From the human T2T-CHM13v2.0 reference genome, Homo sapiens: a stretch of DNA of 64,000 nt. The translations under genes were made by a program, and so were the position numbers. Numbering within the stretch: the first letter of the stretch is position 1; every line of letters begins with the position of its first letter. Location: contig CP086569.2 of the NCBI GenBank assembly GCA_009914755.4, positions 29,792,001 to 29,856,000 of the forward strand, given 5' to 3'. This document shows positions 1 through 14,255 of the stretch, piece by piece. A model generated the notes under the pieces. That model did no database searches. It was not told the DNA's origin and saw nothing but the letters and a program-made list of their open reading frames with translations.

Positions 1-10
1 TGAAAAAGAA

Positions 11-3000
11 TTGAATGGAATAGAACAGAATGGAATCAAATCGAATGAAATGGAATGGAATAGAAAGGAATGGAATGAAATGGAATGGAAAGGATTCGAA
101 TGGAATGCAATCGAATGGAATGGAATCGAACGGAATGGAATAAAATGGAAGAAAACTGGCAAGAAATGGAATCGAAATGAATGGAGTGTTATGGAACGGA
201 CTCAAAAGGAATTGAATGTAATAGAATGGAGTGGAGTGGACTCGAATATAATGGACTGGAATGGAATGAAATCACATGGAATGGGAACGAATGGAATGGA
301 ATGGAAAGGAATGGAATCGAATGGAAAGGAATCGAATGGAAGGGAATGAAATTGAATCAACAGGAATGGAAGGGAATAGAATAGACGGTAATGGAATGGA
401 CTCGAATAGAATGGACACGAATGCTCAAATTGAATGGACTCGAATGGAATGGAAACGAAAGGAATGTCATCGAATGGAATTGAATCGATTGGAATGAAAT
501 CGCATAGAATGGAGTGGAATCAAATGGAATTGAATCGAAAGGAAAGGAAGCGAATGGACTGAAATGAAATGGAATGGAATTGAATGGAAAGTAATGCAAT
601 GGAATAGAATGGAACGAAATTTCACGGAATGGAATCAAACTGAATGGAATCAAATCAATGGAATCAAATCAAATGGAATGGAAAGGAATTGAATGGAGTA
701 GATTGGATTGGATGGGATTGGAATGAAATGTACTGGAAAGCACTCGAATTCCATGAAACGGAATGGAATGAATTGGAACGGAATGGACTCGAATGGAATG
801 GAATGTCATGGAATGGCATCAAATGGAATGGCATCAAATGGAATGGAATCGAATGCAATGGAATGCTATGGAATGGAATGGAATGCATTGGAATGGAATG
901 TCCTCTAATGGAATGGATTCGAGTGGAATGGAATCGAATATAATGGAGTCGAATGAAATGGAATTGAAAGGAATGTGATCGAATACAATGGAATATACTG
1001 GAATGTAATGTAATGAACTCGAATATAATTGACTGGAATGGAATGTACATGAATGGAATGTAATCGAATGGAAAGTAATCCAATGGAATAGAATCTAATG
1101 CAATAAAATCGACTCAGATAGAGTAGAATGTAATGGAATGGAGTGCAGTGCAATGGAGTGGAATGGAATGGAATGCAATGGAATGGAATGGAATGGAATG
1201 GAATGGAATGGAATGGAATGGGATGGAATGGGATGGAATGGTATGGAATGGATAGTAATGGACTGGAGTGAAATGGACTGGAAAGGAATGGACTCAAATT
1301 GAAAGGGCTCGAAAGGAATGGAGTCAAATGGAATGATCTGGAATGCAATGAACACGAATGTAATGCAATCCAATAGAATGGAATCGAATGGCATGGAATA
1401 TAAAGAAATGGAATCGAAGAGAATGGAAACAAATGGAATGGAATTGAATGGAATGGAATTGAATGGAATGGGAACGAATGGAGTGAAATTGTATGCAGTA
1501 GAAGAGAATAGAATGGAATGCAAGCGAAAGGAAAGGAATGGATTGGAATGGAATGGAATTCATTGGAATGGAAGGGAATGTAGTGTAATGGACAGGCCTG
1601 GAATAAAGTGGAATGCTACGGTCTCGAATGGAATAAAAATGTATGGAATGGAATGCAATGAAACGGAATCGAATGTCATAGAATGTAATGGAATGCAAAA
1701 AAATGGAATCCAAAATCATTGACTGGAAAGGCTGGGTGTCGAAAGGAATTGACTCCAATGGAATGGAATCGAATGGAATGGAAGTGAACAGAATCGAACT
1801 AAATCGAATGGAATGGAATTGATAGGAACGGAATGGAAAGGAATGCAATGATTTGGCATGGAATGGAATCGAATGGAATGGAATGGAATGCAATGGAATG
1901 GAATGTATTAGAATGTAATGAACTTTAATGGAATGTACTCGAATGGATTCGACTGGAATGGAATGTTCTGGAAGTGAATGGACTCCAATGGAATGGATTC
2001 AAAAGGAATGGAATCGTACGGAATGGAATCTAATGGAATGGAATTAAATGGAAATGAATCAAATTGAATAGCACGGAATTGAATTGAATGGAATGGAATG
2101 CAATGGAATCTAATGAAACGGAAAGGAATGGAATGGAATGGAATGGAATGGGCTGGAATGGAAAGGAATCGAAACGAATGGAATGGAATCGAACTGAAGA
2201 GACTGGAATGGAATGCACTGGAATGGAAGGGAGTGTAATGGAAGGTTCTCGAAAAAAATGGAATCGAATGGAATGGAATTGAATGGAACGGAATAGAGTC
2301 GAATGGAATTGAATGGAATGGAATGGACTAGAGTGAAATGGAATCGAACCACAAGGAATGGACAGGAATAGAATGGTCTCGAATTGAATGGAATCGTATG
2401 GAATGGCATCAAACGGAATGGAATGGACAGCCACGGAATGGAATGCACTCGAATGCAATGGAGTCGAAACTAATGGACTGGAATAGAATGGACTCGACTG
2501 GTACGGACTCCAATGGAATGGAATCGAATGGAAGGGAATCGAACGGAATGGACTCGAAGGGAAAAGACTGCAATGGAAAGGTCTCGAATGGAATGGAAAT
2601 TAATGGAATGGAATGGAATCGAATGAAATGGAGTCAAAAGGAATGGAATCGAATGGCAAGAAATCGAATGTAATGGAATCGCAAGGAATTGATGTGAACG
2701 GAACGGAATGGAATGGAATCCAAAGGAATGGAATAGAATGGAATGGAATCGAATGGAAAGGACTCGAATGGAAATCACTCGAATAGAATGCAATTTAATA
2801 AAATAGGATCAAATGTAATGGAATGGAATGGAAAGGAATCGAAACGAAAGGAATGGAGACAGATGGAATGGAATGGAACAGAGAGCAATGGTATAGAATG
2901 GAATGGAATCATCTGGAATGGAATTGAATGGAATGGAATAATATGAAATGGAATGGAATGGAATGGAATGGAATGCCCTTGAATTAAATGGACTGGAATG

Positions 3001-3574
3001 GAATGGACTCGAACAGAGTGGAATGGAAAGTGTTGAGATAGAATGGAATGGACTCCTTTGGAATGGTGTAGTATGCAATGCAATCGACTGGCAGGGAATC
3101 AAAAGGAATGTAATCGAATGGATTGGACTGGAATGCAATGGACTCGAATAGATTGGGAACGGAATGCAAAGGAATGGAATGGAATAGTATGGAATGGAAT
3201 GGAAAGGAATGGAGTGGAATAGACTAGAGTGGAATGGAATGGACTGGAAAGCAATGGACTGGAATGGAACTTTCTTGAATGGACTGGAATCAAACGGAAT
3301 GGAATGCAATGCAATCAAATGGCATGGAATAAAATAGAATGAAAGAGAATCAAATGGAATTGAATCGAATGGAATCGAATGGATTGGAAAGGAATAGAAT
3401 GGAATGGAATGGAATTGACTCAAATGGAATGGACTAGAATGGAATGGATTCGAATGGAAGGCAAAGGAATGGAATCTATTGGAATGGACTGTAATGGAAT
3501 GGAATGGAAGGGATTGGAATGGACTCGAATGGAATGGACTGCAATAGAAAGGATTCGAATGGAATGAAAAAGAA
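11..3574 (+). repeat. HOR unit 1 (3564 bp), phase arbitrarily set at ttgaatggaatagaacag
   Basis: Distance between identical landmarks at 11 and 3575. Carries a private second GAATTC at 755-760 (other units have gaatttc). Confidence 0.85.
1585..1760 (+). repeat. Non-pentameric diverged island within the HOR (example in unit 1; recurs once per unit)
   Basis: The segment gacaggcctggaataaagtggaatgctacggtctcgaatggaataaaaatgtatgg ... caaaaaaatggaatccaaaatcattgactggaaaggctgggtgtcgaaaggaattgactcc breaks the 5-bp periodicity. It contains the only GGCC (within AGGCCT) of the unit and lies 35 bp downstream of the unit's GAATTC (1556-1561). Equivalent segments occur near 5130, 8680, 12230, 15800 and so on. 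Confidence 0.8.
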
Positions 3575-6500
3575 TTGAATGGAATAGAACAGAATGGAAT
3601 CAAATCGAATGAAATGGAATGGAATAGAAAGGAATGGAATGAAATGGAATGGAAAGGATTCGAATGGAATGCAATCGAATGGAATGGAATCGAACGGAAT
3701 GGAATAAAATGGAAGAAAACTGGCAAGAAATGGAATCGAAATGAATGGAGTGTTATGGAACGGACTCAAAAGGAATTGAATGTAATAGAATGGAGTGGAG
3801 TGGACTCGAATATAATGGACTGGAATGGAATGAAATCACATGGAATGGGAACGAATGGAATGGAATGGAAAGGAATGGAATCGAATGGAAAGGAATCGAA
3901 TGGAAGGGAATGAAATTGAATCAACAGGAATGGAAGGGAATAGAATAGACGGTAATGGAATGGACTCGAATAGAATGGACACGAATGCTCAAATTGAATG
4001 GACTCGAATGGAATGGAAACGAAAGGAATGTCATCGAATGGAATTGAATCGATTGGAATGAAATCGCATAGAATGGAGTGGAATCAAATGGAATTGAATC
4101 GAAAGGAAAGGAAGCGAATGGACTGAAATGAAATGGAATGGAATTGAATGGAAAGTAATGCAATGGAATAGAATGGAACGAAATTTCACGGAATGGAATC
4201 AAACTGAATGGAATCAAGTCAATGGAATCAAATCAAATGGAATGGAAAGGAATTGAATGGAGTAGATGGGATTGGATGGGATTGGAATGAAATGTACTGG
4301 AAAGGACTCGAATTTCATGAAACGGAATGGAATGAATTGGAACGGAATGGACTCGAATGGAATGGAATGTCATGGAATGGCATCAAATGGAATGGCATCA
4401 AATGGAATGGAATCGAATGCAATGATATGCTATGGAATGGAATGGAATGCATTGGAATGGAATGTCCTCTAATGGAATGGATTCGAGTGGAATGGAATCG
4501 AATATAATGGAGTCGAATGAAATGGAATTGAAAGGAATGGGATCGAATAGAATGGAATATACTGGAATGTAATGTAATGAACTCGAATGTAATTGACTGG
4601 AATGGAATGTACATGAATGGAATGTAATCGAATGGAAAGTAATCTAATGGAATAGAATCTAATGCAATAAAATCGACTCAGATAGAGTAGAATGTAATGG
4701 AATGGAGTGCAGTGCAATGGAATGGAATGGAATGGAATACAATGGAATGGAATGGAATGGAATGGAATGGAATGGGATGGAATGGTATGGAATGGATAGT
4801 AATGGACTGGAGTGAAATGGACTGGAAAGGAATGGACTCAAATTGAAAGGGCTCGAAAGCAATGGAGTCAAATGGAATGGTCTGGAATGGAATGAACACG
4901 AATGTAATGCAATCCAATAGAATGGAATCGAATGGCATGGAATATAAAGAAATGGAATCGAAGAGAATGGAAACAAATGGAATGGAATTGAATGGAATGG
5001 AATTGAATGGAATGGGAACGAATGGAGTGAAATTGTATGCAGTAGAAGGGAATAGAATGGAATGCAAGCGAAAGGAAAGGAATGGATTGGAATGGAATGG
5101 AATTCATTGGAATGGAAGGGAATGTAGTGTAATGGACAGGCCTGGAATAAAGTGGAATGCTACGGTCTCGAATGGAATAAAAATGTATGGAATGGAATGC
5201 AATGAAACGGAATCGAATGTCATAGAATGTAATGGAATGCAAAAAAATGGAATCCAAAATCATTGACTGGAAAGGCTGGGTGTCGAAAGGAATTGACTCC
5301 AATGGAATGGAATCGAATGGAATGGAAGTGAATAGAATCGAACTAAATCGAATGGAATGGAATTGATAGGAACGGAATGGAAAGGAATGCAATGATTTGG
5401 CATGGAATGGAATCGAATGGCATCGAATGGAATGGAATGGAATGCAATGGAATGGAATGTATTAGAATGTAATGAACTTTAATGGAATGTACTCGAATGG
5501 ATTCGACTGGAATGGAATGTTCTGGAAGTGAATGGACTCCAATGGAATGGATTCAAAAGGAATGGAATCGTACGGAATGGAATCTAATGGAATGGAATTA
5601 AATGGAAATGAATCAAATTGAATAGCACGGAATTGAATTGAATGGAATGGAATGCAATGGAATCTAATGAAACGGAAAGGAAAGGAATGGAATGGAATGG
5701 AATGGGCTGGAATGGAAAGGAATCGAAACGAATGGAATGGAATCGAACTGAAGAGACTGGAATGGAATGCACTGGAATGGAAGGGAGTGTAATGGAAGGT
5801 TCTCGAAAGAAATGGAATCGAATGGAATGGAATTGAATGGAACGGAATAGAGTCGAATGGAATTGAATGGAATGGAATGGACTAGAGTGAAATGGAATCG
5901 AACCACAAGGAATGGACAGGAATAGAATGGTCTCGAATTGAATGGAATCGTATGGAATGGCATCAAACGGAATGGAATGGACAGCCACGGAATGGAATGC
6001 ACTCGAATGCAATGGAGTGGAAACTAATGGACTGGAATAGAATGGACTCGACTGGTACGGACTCCAATGGAATGGAATCGAATGGAAGGGAATCGAACGG
6101 AATGGACTCGAAGGGAAAAGACTGCAATGGAAAGGTCTCGAATGGAATGGAAATTAATGGAATGGAATGGAATCGAATGAAATGGAGTCAAAAGGAATGG
6201 AATCGAATGGCAAGAAATCGAATGTAATGGAATCGCAAGGAATTGATGTGAACGGAACGGAATGGAATGGAATCCAAAGGAATGGAATAGAATGGAATGG
6301 AATCGAATGGAAAGGACTCGAATGGAAATCACTCGAATAGAATGCAATTTAATAAAATAGGATCAAATGTAATGGAATGGAATGGAAACGGATCGAAACG
6401 AAAGGAATGGAGACAGATGGAATGGAATGGAACAGAGAGCAATGGTATAGAATGGAATGGAATCATCTGGAATGGAATTGAATGGAATGGAATAATATGA

Positions 6501-7128
6501 AATGGAATGGAATGGAATGGAATGGAATGCCCTTGAATTAAATGGACTGGAATGGAATGGACTCGAAGAGAGTGGAATGGAAAGTGTTGAGATAGAATGG
6601 AATGGACTCCTTTGGAATGGTGTAGTATGCAATGCAATCGACTGGCAGGGAATCAAAAGGAATGTAATCGAATGGATTGGACTGGAATGCAATGGACTCG
6701 AATAGATTGGAAACGGAATGCAAAGGAATGGAATGGAATAGTATGGAATGGAATTGAAAGGAATGGAGTGGAATAGACTAGAGTGGAATGGAATGGACTG
6801 GAAAGCAATGGACTGGAATGGAACTTTCTTGAATGGACTGGAATCAAACGGAATGGAATGCAATGCAATCAAATGGCATGGAATAAAATAGAATGAAAGA
6901 GAATCAAATGGAATTGAATCGAATGGAATCGAATGGATTGGAAAGGAATAGAATGGAATGGAATGGAATTGACTCAAATGGAATGGACTAGAATGGAATG
7001 GATTCGAATGGAAGGCAAAGGAATGGAATCTATTGGAATGGACTGTAATGGAATGGAATGGAAGGGATTGGAATGGACTCGAATGGAATGGACTGCAATA
7101 GAAAGGATTCGAATGGAATGAAAAAGAA
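3575..7128 (+). repeat. HOR unit 2 (3554 bp)
   Basis: Landmark ttgaatggaatagaacag at 3575 and 7129. Near-identical to unit 1. Confidence 0.85.
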
Positions 7129-10100
7129 TTGAATGGAATAGAACAGAATGGAATCAAATCGAATGAAATGGAATGGAATAGAAAGGAATGGAATGAAATG
7201 GAATGGAAAGGATTCGAATGGAATGCAATCGAATGGAATGGAATCGAACGGAATGGAATAAAATGGAAGAAAACTGGCAAGAAATGGAATCGAAATGAAT
7301 GGAGTGTTACGGAACGGACTCAAAAGGAATTGAATGTAATAGAATGGAGTGGAGTGGACTCGAATATAATGGACTGGAATGGAATGAAATCACATGGAAT
7401 GGGAACGAATGGAATGGAATGGAAAGGAATGGAATCGAATGGAAAGGAATCGAATGGAAGGGAATGAAATTGAATCAACAAGAATGGAAGGGAATAGAAT
7501 AGACGGTAATGGAATGGACTCGAATAGAATGGACACGAATGCTCAAATTGAATGGACTCGAATGGAATGGAAACGAAAGGAATGTCATCGAATGGAATTG
7601 AATCGATTGGAATGAAATCGCATAGAATGGAGTGGAATCAAATGGAATTGAATCGAAAGGAAAGGAAGCGAATGGACTGAAATGAAATGGAATGGAATTG
7701 AATGGAAAGTAATGCAATGGAATAGAATGGAACGAAATTTCACGGAATGGAATCAAACTGAATGGAATCAAGTCAATGGAATCAAATCAAATGGAATGGA
7801 AAGGAATTGAATGGAGTAGATGGGATTGGATGGGATTGGAATGAAATGTACTGGAAAGGACTCGAATTTCATGAAACGGAATGGAATGAATTGGAACGGA
7901 ATGGACTCGAATGGAATGGAATGTCATGGAATGGCATCAAATGGAATGGCATCAAATGGAATGGAATCGAATGCAATGGAATGCTATGGAATGGAATGGA
8001 ATGCATTGGAATGGAATGTCCTCTAATGGAATGGATTCGAGTGGAATGGAATCGAATATAATGGAGTCGAATGAAATGGAATTGAAAGGAATGGGATCGA
8101 ATAGAATGGAATATACTGGAATGTAATGTAATGAACTCGAATGTAATTGACTGGAATGGAATGTACATGAATGGAATGTAATAGAATGGAAAGTAATCTA
8201 ATGGAATAGAATCTAATGCAATAAAATCGACTCAGATAGAGTAGAATGTAATGGAATGGAGTGCAGTGCAATGGAATGGAATGGAATGGAATACAATGGA
8301 ATGGAATGGAATGGAATGGAATGGGATGGAATGGTATGGAATGGATAGTAATGGACTGGAGTGAAATGGACTGGAAAGGAATGGACTCAAATTGAAAGGG
8401 CTCGAAAGCAATGGAGTCAAATGGAATGGTCTGGAATGGAATGAACACGAATGTAATGCAATCCAATAGAATGGAATCGAATGGCATGGAATATAAAGAA
8501 ATGGAATCGAAGAGAATGGAAACAAATGGAATGGAATTGAATGGAATGGAATTGAATGGAATGGGAACGAATGGAGTGAAATTGTATGCAGTAGAAGGGA
8601 ATAGAATGGAATGCAAGCGAAAGGAAAGGAATGGATTGGAATGGAATGGAATTCATTGGAATGGAAGGGAATGTAGTGTAATGGACAGGCCTGGAATAAA
8701 GTGGAATGCTACGGTCTCGAATGGAATAAAAATGTATGGAATGGAATGCAATGAAACGGAATCGAATGTCATAGAATGTAATGGAATGCAACAAAATGGA
8801 ATCCAAAATCATTGACTGGAAAGGCTGGGTGTCGAAAGGAATTGACTCCAATGGAATGGAATCGAATGGAATGGAAGTGAATAGAATCGAACTAAATCGA
8901 ATGGAATGGAATTGATAGGAACGGAATGGAAAGGAATGCAATGATTTGGCATGGAATGGAATCGAATGGCATCGAATGGAATGGAATGGAATGCAATGGA
9001 ATGGAATGTATTAGAATGTAATGAACTTTAATGGAATGTACTCGAATGGATTCGACTGGAATGGAATGTTCTGGAAGTGAATGGACTCCAATGGAATGGA
9101 TTCAAAAGGAATGGAATCGTACGGAATGGAATCTAATGGAATGGAATTAAATGGAAATGAATCAAATTGAATAGCACGGAATTGAATTGAATGGAATGGA
9201 ATGCAATGGAATCTAATGAAACGGAAAGGAAAGGAATGGAATGGAATGGAATGGGCTGGAATGGAAAGGAATCGAAACGAATGGAATGGAATCGAACTGA
9301 AGAGACTGGAATGGAATGCACTGGAATGGAAGGGAGTGTAATGGAAGGTTCTCGAAAAAAATGGAATCGAATGGAATGGAATTGAATGGAACGGAATAGA
9401 GTCGAATGGAATTGAATGGAATGGAATGGACTAGAGTGAAATGGAATCGAACCACAAGGAATGGACAGGAATAGAATGGTCTCGAATTGAATGGAATCGT
9501 ATGGAATGGCATCAAACGGAATGGAATGGACAGCCACGGAATGGAATGCACTCGAATGCAATGGAGTCGAAACTAATGGACTGGAATAGAATGGACTCGA
9601 CTGGTACGGACTCCAATGGAATGGAATCGAATGGAAGGGAATCGAACGGAATGGACTCGAAGGGAAAAGACTGCAATGGAAAGGTCTCGAATGGAATGGA
9701 AATTAATGGAATGGAATGGAATCGAATGAAATGGAGTCAAAAGGAATGGAATCGAATGGCAAGAAATCGAATGTAATGGAATCGCAAGGAATTGATGTGA
9801 ACGGAACGGAATGGAATGGAATCCAAAGGAATGGAATAGAATGGAATGGAATCGAATGGAAAGGACTCGAATGGAAATCACTCGAATAGAATGCAATTTA
9901 ATAAAATAGGATCAAATGTAATGGAATGGAATGGAAAGGGATCGAAACGAAAGGAATGGAGACAGATGGAATGGAATGGAACAGAGAGCAATGGTATAGA
10001 ATGGAATGGAATCATCTGGAAGGGAATTGAATGGAATGGAATAATATGAAATGGAATGGAATGGAATGGAATGGAATGGAATGCCCTTGAATTAAATGGA

Positions 10101-10682
10101 CTGGAATGGAATGGACTCGAACAGAGTGGAATGGAAAGTGTTGAGATAGAATGGAATGGACTCCTTTGGAATGGTGTAGTATGCAATGCAATCGACTGGC
10201 AGGGAATCAAAAGGAATGTAATCGAATGGATTGGACTGGAATGCGATGGACTCGAATAGATTGGAAACGGAATGCAAAGGAATGGAATGGAATAGTATGG
10301 AATGGAATGGAAAGGAATGGAGTGGAATAGACTAGAGTGGAATGGAATGGACTGGAAAGCAATGGACTGGAATGGAACTTTCTTGAATGGACTGGAATCA
10401 AACGGAATGGAATGCAATGCAATCAAATGGCATGGAATAAAATAGAATGAAAGAGAATCAAATGGAATTGAATCGAATGGAATCGAATGGATTGGAAAGG
10501 AATAGAATGGAATGGAATGGAATTGACTGAAATGGAATGGACTAGAATGGAATGGATTCGAATGGAAGGCAAAGGAATGGAATCTATTGGAATGGACTGT
10601 AATGGAATGGAATGGAAGGGATTGGAATGGACTCGAATGGAATGGACTGCAATAGAAAGGATTCGAATGGAATGAAAAAGAA
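7129..10682 (+). repeat. HOR unit 3 (3554 bp)
   Basis: Landmarks at 7129 and 10683. The (ggaat)n tract near 10050 has 6 copies vs 5 in unit 1, which fuses two artefactual ORFs. Confidence 0.85.
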
Positions 10683-13600
10683 TTGAATGGAATAGAACAG
10701 AATGGAATCAAATCGAATGAAATGGAATGGAATAGAAAGGAATGGAATGAAATGGAATGGAAAGGATTCGAATGGAATACAATCGAATGGAATGGAATCG
10801 AACGGAATGGAATAAAATGGAAGAAAAGTGGCAAGAAATGGAATCGAAATGAATGGAGTGTTATGGAACGGACTCAAAAGGAATTGAATGTAATAGAATG
10901 GAGTGGAGTGCACTCGAATATAATGGACTGGAATGGAATGAAATCACATGGAATGGGAACGAATGGAATGGAATGGAAAGGAATGGAATCGAATGGAAAG
11001 GAATCGAATGGAAGGGAATGAAATTGAATCAACAGGAATGGAAGGGAATAGAATAGACGGTAATGGAATGGACTCGAATAGAATGGACACGAATGCTCAA
11101 ATTGAATGGACTCGAATGGAATGGAAACGAAAGGAATGTCATCGAATGGAATTGAATCGATTGGAATGAAATCGCATAGAATGGAGTGGAATCAAATGGA
11201 ATTGAATCGAAAGGAAAGGAAGCAAATGGACTGAAATGAAATGGAATGGAATTGAATGGAAAGTAATGCAATGGAATAGAATGGAACGAAATTTCACGGA
11301 ATGGAATCAAACTGAATGGAATCAAATCAATGGAATCAAATCAAATGGAATGGAAAGGAATTGAATGGAGTAGATGGGATTGGATGGGATTGGAATGAAA
11401 TGTACTGGAAAGGACTCGAATTTCATGAAACGGAATGGAATGAATTGGAACGGAATGGACTCGAATGGAATGGAATGTCATGGAATGGCATCAAATGGAA
11501 TGGCATCAAATGGAATGGAATCGAATGCAATGGAATGCTATGGAATGGAATGGAATGCATTGGAATGGAATGTCCTCTAATGGAATGGATTCGAGTGGAA
11601 TGGAATCGAATATAATGGAGACGAATGAAATGGAATTGAAAGGAATGGGATCGAATACAATGGAATATACTGGAATGTAATGTAATGAACTCGAATGTAA
11701 TTGACTGGAATGGAATGTACATGAATGGAATGTAATCGAATGGAAAGTAATCCAATGGAATAGAATCTAATGCAATAAAATCGACTCAGATAGAGTAGAA
11801 TGTAATGGAATGGAGTGCAGTGCAATGGAATGGAATGGAATGGAATGGAATGGAATGGAATGGAACGGGATGGAATGGGATGGAATGGTATGGAATGGAT
11901 AGTAATGGACTGGAATGAAATGGACTGGAAAGGAATGGACTCAAATTGAAAGGGCTCGAAAGCAATGGAGTCAAATGGAATGGTCTGGAATGGAATGAAC
12001 ACGAATGTAATGCAATCCAATAGAATGGAATCGAATGGCATGGAATATAAAGAAATGGAATCGAAGAGAATGGAAACAAATGGAATGGAATTGAATGGAA
12101 TGGAATTGAATGGAATGGGAACGAATGGAGTGAAATTGTATGCAGTAGAAGGGAATAGAATGGAATGCAAGCGAAAGGAAAGGAATGGATTGGAATGGAA
12201 TGGAATTCATTGGAATGGAAGGGAATGTAGTGTAATGGACAGGCCTGGAATAAAGTGGAATGCTACGGTCTCGAATGGAATAAAAATGTATGGAATGGAA
12301 TGCAATGAAACGGAATCGAATGTCATAGAATGTAATGGAATGCAAAAAAACGGAATCCAAAATCATTGACTGGAAAGGCTGGGTGTTGAAAGGAATTGAC
12401 TCCAATGGAATGGAATCGAATGGAATGGAAGTGAATAGAATCGAACTAAATCGAATGGAATGGAATTGATAGGAACGGAATGGAAAGGAATGCAATGATT
12501 TGGCATGGAATGGAATCGAATGGCATCGAATGGAATGGAATGGAATGCAATGGAATGGAATGTATTAGAATGTAATGAACTTTAATGGAATGTACTCGAA
12601 TGGATTCGACTGGAATGGAATGTTCTGGAAGTGAATGGACTCCAATGGAATGGATTCAAAAGGAATGGAATCGTACGGAATGGAATCTAATGGAATGGAA
12701 TTAAATGGAAATGAATCAAATTGAATAGCACGGAATTGAATTGAATGGAATGGAATGCAATGGAATCTAATGAAACGGAAAGGAAAGGAATGGAATGGAA
12801 TGGAATGGGCTGGAATGGAAAGGAATCGAAACGAATGGAATGGAATCGAACTGAAGAGACTGGAATGGAATGCACTGGAATGGAAGGGAGTGTAATGGAG
12901 GTTCTCGAAAAAAATGGAATCGAATGGAATGCAATTGAATGGAACGGAATAGAGTCGAATGGAATTGAATGGAATGGAATGGACTAGAGTGAAATGGAAT
13001 CGAACCACAAGGAATGGACAGGAATAGAATGGTCTCGAATTGAATGGAATCGTATGGAATGGCATCAAACGGAATGGAATGGACAGCCACGGAATGGAAT
13101 GCACTCGAATGCAATGGAGTCGAAACTAACGGACTGGAATAGAATGGACTCGACTGGTACGGACTCCAATGGAATGGAATCGAATGGAAGGGAATCGAAC
13201 GGAAGGGAATCGAACGGAATGGACTCGAAGGGAAAAGACTGCAATGGAAAGGTCTCGAATGGAATGGAAATTAATGGAATGGAATGGAATCGAATGAAAT
13301 GGAGTCGAAAGGAATGGAATCGAATGGCAAGAAATCGAATGTAATGGAATCGCAAGGAATTGATGTGAACGGAACGGAATGGAATGGAATCCAAAGGAAT
13401 GGAATAGAATGGAATGGAATCGAATGGAAAGGACTCAAATGGAAATCACTCGAATAGAATGCAATTTAATAAAATAGGATCAAATGTAATGGAATGGAAT
13501 GGAAAGGAATCAAAACGAAAGGAATGGAGACAGATGGAATGGAATGGAACAGAGAGCAATGGTATAGAATGGAATGGAATCATCTAGAATGGAATTGAAT

Positions 13601-14255
13601 GGAATGGAATAATATGAAATGGAATGGAATGGAATGGAATGGAATGGAATGGAATGCCCTTGAATTAAATGGACTGGAATGGAATGGACTCGAAGAGAGT
13701 GGAATGGAAAGTGTTGAGATAGAATGGAATGGACTCCTTTGGAATGGTGTAGTATGCAATGCAATCGACTGGCAGGGAATCAAAAGGAATGTAATCGAAT
13801 GGATTGGACTGGAATGCGATGGACTCGAATAGATTGGAAACGGAATGCAAAGGAATGGAATGGAATAGTATGGAATGGAATGGAAAGGAATGGAGTGGAA
13901 TAGACTAGAGTGGAATGGAATGGACTGGAAAGCAATGGACTGGAATGGAACTTTCTTGAATGGACTGGAATCAAACGGAATGGAATGCAATGCAATCAAA
14001 TGGCATGGAATAAAATAGAATGAAAGAGAATCAAATGGAATTGAATCGAATGGAATCGAATGGATTGGAAAGGAATAGAATGGAATGGAATGGAATTGAC
14101 TCAAATGGAATGGACTAGAATGGAATGGATTCGAATGGAAGGCAAAGGAATGGAATCTATTGGAATGGACTGTAATGGAATGGAATGGAAGGGATTGGAA
14201 TGGACTCGAATGGAATGGACTGCAATAGAAAGGATTCGAATGGAATGAAAAAGAA
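10683..14255 (+). repeat. HOR unit 4 (3573 bp)
   Basis: Landmarks at 10683 and 14256. The (ggaat)n tract near 13620 is expanded to 7 copies. Confidence 0.85.
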
